Assembly: GCA_030153785.1 (NCBI GenBank)
Contig: JASKLF010000005.1
Coordinates: 64,001-128,000 of the forward strand
DNA: 64,000 nucleotides
Source: a bacterium
GTDB lineage: Bacteria; Synergistota; GBS-1
Direction of reading: 5' to 3'
A program made the translations under genes and the position numbers. The notes below the pieces were generated by a model. That model did no database searches, was not told where the DNA came from, and was given only the letters and a program-made list of their open reading frames with translations. Positions 1 to 7,663 of the stretch are shown here, piece after piece. How positions within the stretch are numbered: the first letter of the stretch is position 1; each line of letters opens with the position of its first letter.

Positions 1-1
1 T

Positions 2-298
2 GAAGAGGATATCGAGGAGGCTAAAAGGGGGTTCAGATTTGCCTACGAGGTTTTAAAGGGTGGAGAATATGATTTAGTAATCCTTGATGAAATAAATGTG
101 GCTGTAGATTATGGGCTTATTTCTCTGGATGAGGTTTTAAGCCTTATAGAGATAAAACCTCCTCATGTGGAGCTCGTTTTGACAGGAAGATATGCTCATT
201 CTAAGATAATAGAGAAGGCCGATTTAGTTAGCGAGGTGATGGAAATCAAGCACCCCTATCGTAGGGGGATAGAAATGAGGAGGGGTATAGACTATTAA
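2..298 (+). CDS. cobO: cob(I)alamin/cob(I)yrinic acid a,c-diamide adenosyltransferase, CobO/BtuR family (5'-truncated by the window edge)
   Basis: Frame open from base 2: EEDIEEAKRG...YDLVILDEINVA...VELVLTGR...ADLVSEVMEIKHPY..G..RRGIDY, the typical CobO C-terminus. Confidence 0.92.
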   Translation, partial: EEDIEEAKRGFRFAYEVLKGGEYDLVILDEINVAVDYGLISLDEVLSLIEIKPPHVELVLTGRYAHSKIIEKADLVSEVMEIKHPYRRGIEMRRGIDY

Positions 299-1430
299 GG
301 TAGTCGAGCTTGACAGGGATAAGGATATCCACGGTTGGTGGAAGTGGAAGTATAGGGCTTGCCCGGCGGAGAGGCTTCTCCTTAATCCTTACGCGGGCTG
401 TAGTGTAGGTTGCTTTTTCTGTTACTCCCGAGCCTTACCGGGATATCATAAAGAGGCTTTCTTAAAGGGCCTCGTTTTTGTTTGGCTGAGGTTTCATGAG
501 GGGCTGGTGAAAAAGTTAGATAATTTAAGCATTTCTCCTCCAGGCTATCTTTCTCCAACGAGCGACCCTTTTCAGCCTGTAAATCTCAAGTATGGGCTTG
601 CTGAAAAGGTTATAAGGGTTTTCGTGGACAAGAACATTCCGATTTTGGTGGTTACGAAGAGGAGTGTAACGGAGGAGGCTTTATCTCTTCTGGAAAAGCA
701 GAAGGATAGCGTCCTTGAGGTAAGCCTCCTGACCTTAGATGAAAGGTTAAGGCGCTTTCTTTCTCCCGGTGGGTCAAGCGTGAAGGAGCTTTTAAGCTCT
801 TTGGAACGGGCATCGAGTAGAGGTATTCACACGGTTTTAAGGATGGATCCCTTGCTTCCCTTTTTAAACGATAGGGAAGAGGATATGTATCGTCTCCTTA
901 AGGAGGCGAAAGAAAGAGGCGTTAAGCATGTAGTAGCCTCTTGTCTCGATATCCCTCTGCGGATAAAAAGGCTCGTTTTCTTATCTCTTTCCCGCTGGGA
1001 TAGTTCCCTTCCGTTTAAGTATGAGCGCCTTTATAAGGAGAGGATTTCTAATTCCCTTCAAGCTGATATAAGATATCGACGCGAGCTCTTTTCAAAGGTT
1101 AAGGATATGGTAAACTCTTTAAAGCTCAGCCTATCCCTTTGTATGGAGTTTACGGAAGATGGAAGGAATCTGAACGAGCTTTACTCTACATCGAGAAATT
1201 GCGAGGGAAAAACGATGCCTATCTCCCTTAAAAAAGGCAAAACCTTTTTACCTCTTCCTTGTTCCAATGAAGGCTCTTGTTTGACGTGCTTTAACCCCGA
1301 TTGTGGTGTAAGTGATTTGGCTATGAGGGGACGGGCCAGATATCTTTCATACGGGGATTTCAGGAGGATAAGAGTTGAAAGGTGGACATGTTCACTTTTT
1401 GGGTCATGCAACCCTATTGATAGAGGTTAA
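294..1430 (+). CDS. Radical SAM protein (spore photoproduct lyase-like family), probable ATT start
   Basis: The ORF-track frame (507) stays open upstream to a TAG at 288-290 and contains NPYAGCSVGCFFCY (CxxxCxxC, from base 384). The only plausible start is ATT at 294, after GAGGAGGGG at 277-285. SDPFQP, VTK and RMDPLLP motifs fit SPL-like radical SAM enzymes; Cys-rich C-terminus. Confidence 0.85.
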   Translation: MKVVELDRDKDIHGWWKWKYRACPAERLLLNPYAGCSVGCFFCYSRALPGYHKEAFLKGLVFVWLRFHEGLVKKLDNLSISPPGYLSPTSDPFQPVNLKYGLAEKVIRVFVDKNIPILVVTKRSVTEEALSLLEKQKDSVLEVSLLTLDERLRRFLSPGGSSVKELLSSLERASSRGIHTVLRMDPLLPFLNDREEDMYRLLKEAKERGVKHVVASCLDIPLRIKRLVFLSLSRWDSSLPFKYERLYKERISNSLQADIRYRRELFSKVKDMVNSLKLSLSLCMEFTEDGRNLNELYSTSRNCEGKTMPISLKKGKTFLPLPCSNEGSCLTCFNPDCGVSDLAMRGRARYLSYGDFRRIRVERWTCSLFGSCNPIDRG

Positions 1431-2166
1431 TGGAGTTACTCTTTTGACTGATCCCATAAGTAGGGTTCTCCGGGGAAACGCCCAATTTAAAACTTTCCTT
1501 TCCGGGGCGAAAAAACGCCCTCCCTTGGATATAGTCCTTATATCTCACTCTCACAGAGACCACTTTGACCCAAAGGCCTTAAGGGATATAGAGGCAAGCT
1601 TTTTCATCCTTCCTGAGAGGTGTTTTCGTCTTTTCCCTAAGAAGAGGAATGCCCTCCTCGTTGAGATGAGGCCGTGGGAGGTTATAGAGATTAAGGGGCT
1701 TAAGATTCGTTCCCTTCCCGCTCTTCACCTAAGCTGGCTTCATCCCTACCCTCTCCTTACTCCTTCTTTAAGTTACTTGATCGAGTTTGATAATCTCGGT
1801 TTGTATTTTGCTGGTGATACGGGGTTTTGCAGAAGGTTGTTTAAAGGCATAGGACAAAGCTTTAAGATAGACATAGCCTTTCTACCCGTGGGGCCCGATG
1901 ATTTGCTTTTTAAGTGGTATCATCTTGGTGCGAAAGATGCGATAAGGGCATATAAGCTTCTTGGTGCAAAAGTCTTCATTCCCATTCACTGGGGGGTAGT
2001 TAAAGGAACAAGCGGAGACTCCCTTAAAACCGTTAGAAAGCTACTTGGCTTTTCCTTACCTTATTTAAGATTGCTTAATGTGGGTGATAAGGTCTCCTTA
2101 GGGGAGCTTTTAAATCGGGAGGGAGCGTTTGCTCCCCCCGATTTAAATTTCCTTAAGCAAGTTTAA
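1375..2166 (+). CDS. MBL-fold metallo-hydrolase (UlaG/NAPE-PLD-like)
   Basis: FLGHAT, LTDP, ISHSHRDH (HxHxDH), YFAGDTG, IPIHWG. Confidence 0.88.
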   Translation: MKGGHVHFLGHATLLIEVNGVTLLTDPISRVLRGNAQFKTFLSGAKKRPPLDIVLISHSHRDHFDPKALRDIEASFFILPERCFRLFPKKRNALLVEMRPWEVIEIKGLKIRSLPALHLSWLHPYPLLTPSLSYLIEFDNLGLYFAGDTGFCRRLFKGIGQSFKIDIAFLPVGPDDLLFKWYHLGAKDAIRAYKLLGAKVFIPIHWGVVKGTSGDSLKTVRKLLGFSLPYLRLLNVGDKVSLGELLNREGAFAPPDLNFLKQV

Positions 2167-2883
2167 AATTGCGGTTGAGTTTGTCCTTGCTTGGTTTAAT
2201 ACCACAAGGTTATTAAGTTCTTCCAGTATCTGATTTATGGTCAAGCTTGATACCTCTTCAGCCACATTGGCGTCTCTTATCAGGGATTCCGCTGCCGTTA
2301 AATTTACTGTTGCTACACCAAGCCTTCCTATTTCCGAGGCTAAGTTCTTTTCTTCCGCTCCAAAGGTTGCTCTTCGTGAGGAAATAATTTCCCTTGCGTT
2401 ATCCAAGGCTTTTAAAGCCGTTTCGTCTCCAAGTCTTACATCGGATAACCCCAGATTTTCTACGGTCATGTCGCTTATAACCGGCTGATCATTAAATGTG
2501 GTTTCTTGTGCGATTTTATTTAGCTCCTCTTTAAGCTGTGTGAATTCCTCTTCAATGGCTCTTCTATCTTCCTCCGTTAGAGTGGCGTTCGTGGCTTGAA
2601 CGGCAAGTTCTCGCATTCTATCTACTATCTCTCCCTGTGAACCAAGCGCCTGGTCTGCTACCTGAATTCTTGAGATTTTATCCTGAAGGTTTCTTATTCC
2701 TTGTATAGCTTCAACTATTTGAGATCTTAAGCTTTCCGAGATTGAAAGCCCTGCCGCATCATCCGCAGCGCGGTTTATTTTCTGCATCGTGCTTAATCGT
2801 TCTATGTTTTCAGCGAGCCTTTTCTGAATCTCCTCAAGGAGGGTTACCTTCCTTGGAAAAAGGGGTTCTGACCCTATCCTCAT
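2143..2883 (-). CDS. Short flagellin-family protein (D0/D1 domains only)
   Basis: ERLST..KINRAADDAAGLSISE, RMRELAVQATN, IAQETTFN, AESLIRDANVAEEV; SD GGAGGGGGTG upstream. Confidence 0.88.
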   Translation of the reverse strand: MRIGSEPLFPRKVTLLEEIQKRLAENIERLSTMQKINRAADDAAGLSISESLRSQIVEAIQGIRNLQDKISRIQVADQALGSQGEIVDRMRELAVQATNATLTEEDRRAIEEEFTQLKEELNKIAQETTFNDQPVISDMTVENLGLSDVRLGDETALKALDNAREIISSRRATFGAEEKNLASEIGRLGVATVNLTAAESLIRDANVAEEVSSLTINQILEELNNLVVLNQARTNSTAILNLLKEI

Positions 2884-2956
2884 AACCTTTCACCCCCTCC
2901 CTTCCTTGGGTGGCTATATACGCTCCTAAACAGATTATAATACTTTTTGTTGAAAA

Positions 2957-2986
2957 TTGTAACCCCTAATTACCTTGAGGTATAAT
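2957..2986 (+). promoter_or_regulatory. Putative sigma70 promoter for the TRAP-pxp operon
   Basis: TTGTAA(2957-2962)-N18-TATAAT(2981-2986) upstream of the dctP SD. Confidence 0.5.
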
Positions 2987-3023
2987 AATAGTAGAAAAAT
3001 ATTAGCAGAAGGAGGGAGATGTT

Positions 3024-4025
3024 ATGCGGCGGCTTTTCCTTGTTTTGGGTATAGCGATTCTTATTTTCAGCATGGCCTTTCCCGCTCTTGCGAAGACCCA
3101 GTGGATAGGTAATTCCGTTTGGCCTCCTAATAATCATCACAGCATAGGATTAAATGAGTTTGCCTCCAAGGTTAAGGAGAGGACCAAGGGGGAACTCGAG
3201 ATCAAGGTTCACGTGGGTGGTGCTCTTGGCTTTAAGGGGCCTGAGCTTTTAAGGGTTGTTCGTGACGGCTTGGTTCAGATTTCTGACATGCTCTGTAGCG
3301 GGGTTGCTGGCGATGAGCCGTTGTTTGCTATAACCACATTGCCATTCCTTGTGCGTGGTTTTAGTGAGGCACGCTTGCTTAACGAGATAGCAAGACCTTA
3401 TTATGACAAGGCTGTTGAGACCAAGTGGAACCAGAAAATAGTTTACATGGCGCCTTGGCCCCCTGCTGGTCTTTGGACGAAAAAGCCTGTGAAGAGCGTT
3501 GAGGATATGAAGGGCTTGAAGACGAGAACCTATGATAAAAACGGTGCCTTGGTAGTCAAGGCAGCTGGGGGAACTCCCTATCCGTTGCCCTTTAGCGAGG
3601 TTTACTCCGCATTGGCTACTGGCTTGATCGATTCTGTTATAACCTCTACCCCTACCGCCGTCGATGCCAAGTTCTGGGAGGTTTTGAAATACTTTGCGAG
3701 GATAAATATCACTCAGGCGGTTGATATGGTCAACGTTAACCTTAAGGCCTTTAATGCCTTGAGTCCCGATGTTCAGAAGGTAATTTTGGAGACCGGCAAG
3801 GAGATGGAGGACTACATGTGGGAGTGGGTTGAGAAGCTTGATAAGGAGATGGAGAAGAAGTGTAACGATAACGGTATAGAGTCTCTACCCGTTTCTGAAG
3901 AGTTTATGAACGAGCTTTCTCAGATAACGAGGGAGATAAGGAAGGAATGGCTTGAGAAAGAAGCTCCCCCAGAGGCCAAGGAGATTTATGCCAAGTTCTT
4001 GGAAAAGGTGGGGAGGAAGGATTAG
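3024..4025 (+). CDS. dctP: TRAP transporter substrate-binding protein DctP (probably 5-oxoproline, from context)
   Basis: Signal peptide; GGALGFKGPELLRVVRDG, KGLKTRTY, FSEVYSALATG; co-linear with dctQM and pxp genes. Confidence 0.9.
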   Translation: MRRLFLVLGIAILIFSMAFPALAKTQWIGNSVWPPNNHHSIGLNEFASKVKERTKGELEIKVHVGGALGFKGPELLRVVRDGLVQISDMLCSGVAGDEPLFAITTLPFLVRGFSEARLLNEIARPYYDKAVETKWNQKIVYMAPWPPAGLWTKKPVKSVEDMKGLKTRTYDKNGALVVKAAGGTPYPLPFSEVYSALATGLIDSVITSTPTAVDAKFWEVLKYFARINITQAVDMVNVNLKAFNALSPDVQKVILETGKEMEDYMWEWVEKLDKEMEKKCNDNGIESLPVSEEFMNELSQITREIRKEWLEKEAPPEAKEIYAKFLEKVGRKD

Positions 4026-4046
4026 TTAATCATTGGGCTTTGCTTC

Positions 4047-4082
4047 TTAAGGGGCTCACCTTTAAGGAGGTGAGCCCCTTAA
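4047..4082 (+). terminator. Intra-operon stem-loop after dctP (terminator or mRNA stabiliser)
   Basis: Perfect 15-bp inverted repeat TTAAGGGGCTCACCT / AGGTGAGCCCCTTAA with a 6-nt loop. Confidence 0.7.
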
Positions 4083-4110
4083 ACCCATTTTGGGAGGAGG
4101 GTCTTTTAAG

Positions 4111-4605
4111 ATGAAGGGCTTAACTTCTTTTCTTGACAGGCTTTCTAACATAGGGGCATATCTTTCGGGAGCTATGATGATAGCTGGGTTATCTCTCGTT
4201 CTTATAGAGATATTGATAAGAGGCCTTTTTGTTAAGACGCTTTATATAACGGAGGAGTATACAGGTTATCTTATGGCTGGCGTTACATACTTTGCGTTGG
4301 GATACACCCTCAAGGAAGATGGTCATATAAGGATGACCTTTTTACTTCACGTTTTATCTTCCCGTAAGCGCGTTTTTCTTGAGATAACATGTCTCGCTAT
4401 AGGCTTTCTTTTCTCCGTAGTTCTCACATATCTTACATTTGGACTTTTCTGGGATTCCCTTATCACGGGGACTAAGGCGATGAGCATATCGGAAACCCCT
4501 CTTGCGATCCCCCATTCCTTGCTTCCCATTGGTTCTCTGATAATGAGCTTGCAATTTGTGTCTGAGCTGATCAAAAAGTTTATAGCCCTTAAAGATTTGA
4601 GCTAA
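4111..4605 (+). CDS. dctQ: TRAP small permease DctQ
   Basis: Four hydrophobic segments, EEYTGYLM, GHIRM; ATG 4111 after GGAGGAGGG. Confidence 0.88.
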   Translation: MKGLTSFLDRLSNIGAYLSGAMMIAGLSLVLIEILIRGLFVKTLYITEEYTGYLMAGVTYFALGYTLKEDGHIRMTFLLHVLSSRKRVFLEITCLAIGFLFSVVLTYLTFGLFWDSLITGTKAMSISETPLAIPHSLLPIGSLIMSLQFVSELIKKFIALKDLS

Positions 4606-4617
4606 GGAGGGTCTTTC

Positions 4618-5922
4618 ATGGATAGTTTGCTTGCGAGCTTTCTTCTGGTAGTTGGGATTCTTGGCGTTCTTCTTGTAGGGAGCATCTGGGTAGGAACTGC
4701 CTTGTTTTTAGTGGGAATAGCTGGGTTCCACTTCTTCTTGGATGTTCCTTGGGGAAACATCTTAGCCAATATTGCGTGGAACAGCACAAGCAGTTCCACG
4801 ATGTTCGCCTTGCCTCTTTTCGTATGGATGGGAGAAATACTTTTTAGAAGCAAGATTTCGGAAAATCTGTTTACCGGTTTAGCTCCATGGCTTGATAGCA
4901 TTCCGGGAAGACTGATACGTGTTAACGTCTTTGCAAGCGCCATATTTGCCGCCGTAAGTGGCTCTTCAGCGGCTACCACTGCTACCGTTGGCAAGATAAC
5001 CCTTCCCGAACTTTTTAAGAGAGGATACGATAGGGTTCTTGCCATAGGTTCTTTGGCAGGTTCAGGAACATTGGGTTTTATGATACCTCCCAGCATGATG
5101 ATGCTCGTTTATGGGATATTGGCCGATGTGAGCATCGGTAAGCTCTTTATAGCTGGGGTTATCCCTGGGATAATGATAGCCATTTTCTTCAGCGGTTATA
5201 TAATGATAAAGTCCCTTCTGGATCCCGATGTAGCCCCTAAAGTTAAGGAGAGCTATACATGGGGGGACAGAATAAAGGCGATCCCGAAGATAGCGCCTGC
5301 CATCATACTTGTCGTTATGGTTCTTGGAAGCATTTATACAGGATGGGCCACGCCAACCGAGGCAGCTGCCGTTGGCGTTGCAGGGTCTATTCTCTTCGCA
5401 TGGCTTATGAGAAGCCTTGACCTTAAGATATTCAAGGAAGCCCTCATCGGGGCGGTTAAAACAAGCTGTATGATAATGTGGATAGTATGTGGAGCTACCT
5501 TCTTTTCTGTTGCGGTAGGTTATCTTGGGATAACTCAGGGAATAGCTCAATATGTTGCTAGCCTCGGCCTTTCTAAATATACCCTAATAGCCATACTTTC
5601 AATAATGTATCTGATTTTAGGATGCTTGGTAGATGGATTTTCCATGATAGTTATGACCTTGCCGATGGTTCTTCCCTTAATAAAGCTCTCAGGCTTTGAC
5701 CCCTTATGGTTTGGTATATATCTGGTTATAATGATTCAGTTGGCTCAAATAACTCCGCCTGTGGGTTTTAATCTTTTTGTAATAAAGGGTCTTATAGGAG
5801 AGGAGCTTACCACCATAGCTAAGGCGGCCTTTCCCTTTTTCCTCTTGCTTCTTTTGGCTACCGCAATAATAACCGTGTTTCCAGGGATTGTGCTTTATCT
5901 TCCGAGCTTTATGGTCAAGTGA
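4618..5922 (+). CDS. dctM: TRAP large permease DctM
   Basis: ALPLFVWMGE, SGSSAAT, GTLGFMIPPS, ATPTEAAA, ITPPVGFNLF. Confidence 0.93.
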   Translation: MDSLLASFLLVVGILGVLLVGSIWVGTALFLVGIAGFHFFLDVPWGNILANIAWNSTSSSTMFALPLFVWMGEILFRSKISENLFTGLAPWLDSIPGRLIRVNVFASAIFAAVSGSSAATTATVGKITLPELFKRGYDRVLAIGSLAGSGTLGFMIPPSMMMLVYGILADVSIGKLFIAGVIPGIMIAIFFSGYIMIKSLLDPDVAPKVKESYTWGDRIKAIPKIAPAIILVVMVLGSIYTGWATPTEAAAVGVAGSILFAWLMRSLDLKIFKEALIGAVKTSCMIMWIVCGATFFSVAVGYLGITQGIAQYVASLGLSKYTLIAILSIMYLILGCLVDGFSMIVMTLPMVLPLIKLSGFDPLWFGIYLVIMIQLAQITPPVGFNLFVIKGLIGEELTTIAKAAFPFFLLLLLATAIITVFPGIVLYLPSFMVK

Positions 5923-5932
5923 GGTGTCTATA

Positions 5933-6646
5933 GTGGTCTATCCTAAGTATATTCCCATGGGAGATAAGGCCTTTCTTGTAAGGTTTGGTGATGAGATTTC
6001 TGAAGAGCTTAACAAAAAGGTTAGAGCCTTGGCCTTGCTAATTGATAGAGAAAGATTAACGGGGGTTGAGGAGCTTGTCCCCACTTATAGGTCCTTAATG
6101 ATATGTTATAATCCTATTAAAATATCTCCGAAAGAGCTTGAAAAGGCTTTAAGGGAGCTTGTTGAGAGGATAGAGGACGTGGAACTTCCCGAACCGAGGG
6201 TTATAGAGGTTCCAACCGTTTATGGAGGAAAATATGGTCCAGACCTTGAGTTTGTGGCTCGCTATCACGGTTTAAAGCCTGAAGATGTCGTTGAGCTTCA
6301 TGCTAATAAGGAATATCTGGTTTATATGTTGGGCTTTACACCGGGCTTTACCTTTTTGGGGGGGCTTGACGAACGGCTTCACACGCCGAGGCTCTCTACA
6401 CCCCGTAAGAAAGTTCCTGCTGGCTCTGTCGGAATAGGAGGGAAGCAGACGGGCGTTTATGCCGTTAATTCTCCCGGTGGTTGGAGGTTGATAGGTAGAA
6501 CCTACCTTAAGATATATGACCCTAAGCGGAATCCTCCCATACTTGTCAAAGCGGGAGACTATATGAAGTTCATTCCTATCGGTGAGGATGAGTTTCTGGC
6601 TAATTGGAATGGCCCTCTCGACTTCGCGGAGCCCGTTGAGGAGTGA
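5933..6646 (+). CDS. pxpB: 5-oxoprolinase subunit B (KipI / allophanate hydrolase subunit 1 family)
   Basis: PMGDKA, ELVPTYRSL, YGGKYGPDL, LGFTPGF, PAGSVGIGG, SPGGWRLIGRT; GTG 5933 after GAGGTG. Confidence 0.9.
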   Translation: MVYPKYIPMGDKAFLVRFGDEISEELNKKVRALALLIDRERLTGVEELVPTYRSLMICYNPIKISPKELEKALRELVERIEDVELPEPRVIEVPTVYGGKYGPDLEFVARYHGLKPEDVVELHANKEYLVYMLGFTPGFTFLGGLDERLHTPRLSTPRKKVPAGSVGIGGKQTGVYAVNSPGGWRLIGRTYLKIYDPKRNPPILVKAGDYMKFIPIGEDEFLANWNGPLDFAEPVEE

Positions 6647-6652
6647 AAAGGA

Positions 6653-7663
6653 ATGCCCTTAGTTGAGGTTGTAAAGGCTGGCTTGCTTACCACGGTTCAG
6701 GATTTGGGAAGGTTTGGCTATCAGGCGCAGGGGATAAACACGGCTGGTGCCATGGATGAATTCGCCTTGAGGTCCGCCAACATATTGGTGGGAAATCCTC
6801 AAAATGAAGCTTGCCTTGAGGTTACGCTCATTGGACCTACCTTGGCTTTCAATGACGATGTAATTGTGGCTATAACGGGTGGTGACCTTGGCCCTACCCT
6901 CGATGGTTTTCCCATCCCCATGTGGGAAAGCATCTACATTAAAAAGGGTAGCGTTCTTTCCTTTAGGGGGAGAAGATGGGGAGCTCGCTCTTACATCGCC
7001 TTTCAGGGGGGTATTTTTGTTGAGAAGGTGATGGGAAGCAAGTCTACCGATATAAGGGCTCAGATAGGAGGTCTCGAGGGAAGAGCATTGCGGGATGGTG
7101 ATAGGCTTTTTGTCGGCCTTCCTTTAGACAGATCCGTTTTAGGAAGGAGATTCCCTTCTGAGCTTCTACCGCCTTATTCTGACTCTCCCGTGCTGAGGGT
7201 TATCATGGGGCCCGAGGATGACCATTTTAAGCCCGAGTCTATCGAGAGCTTTTTATCTCAGGAGTGGCTTATAACCGAGGCTTCTGATAGAATGGGATAC
7301 AGGCTTGAGGGAGAGCCCTTGAGGCATAACGAAAAGGGAGCGGAGATAATATCCGATGGGATAGCCTTGGGAAGCATTCAGGTTCCAAAGGATGGTAAGC
7401 CGATAGTTCTTCTTAAGGATAGACAGGCGGTTGGCGGATATGCAAAAATAGCGACCGTTATTTCCGTAGATATACCTTTAATCGCTCAGACCCTTCCTGG
7501 GAATAAAGTGAGGTTCGAGAGGATATCCCTTGAGGAGGCGATAAAGGAGCTCGTGAGCTTTGAAAGGAAGCTGTATTATGTAAGCTTTGATGAAAGAAGG
7601 AAGAGTTCGTATAGAATAAAGATTAACGGCAAAGACTTTCTTGTAGAGGTGGAGGAAATTTGA
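6653..7663 (+). CDS. pxpC: 5-oxoprolinase subunit C (KipA family)
   Basis: TTVQDLGR.G, GAMD, SDRMGYRL, GSIQVP..G.PI, GGYAKI. Confidence 0.9.
   Translation: MPLVEVVKAGLLTTVQDLGRFGYQAQGINTAGAMDEFALRSANILVGNPQNEACLEVTLIGPTLAFNDDVIVAITGGDLGPTLDGFPIPMWESIYIKKGSVLSFRGRRWGARSYIAFQGGIFVEKVMGSKSTDIRAQIGGLEGRALRDGDRLFVGLPLDRSVLGRRFPSELLPPYSDSPVLRVIMGPEDDHFKPESIESFLSQEWLITEASDRMGYRLEGEPLRHNEKGAEIISDGIALGSIQVPKDGKPIVLLKDRQAVGGYAKIATVISVDIPLIAQTLPGNKVRFERISLEEAIKELVSFERKLYYVSFDERRKSSYRIKINGKDFLVEVEEI

Noticed and set aside
2944..2958. CodY box upstream of dctP (TTTTTGTTGAAAATT)
   Set aside because: Four mismatches to AATTTTCWGAAAATT in an AT-rich region; not distinguishable from chance
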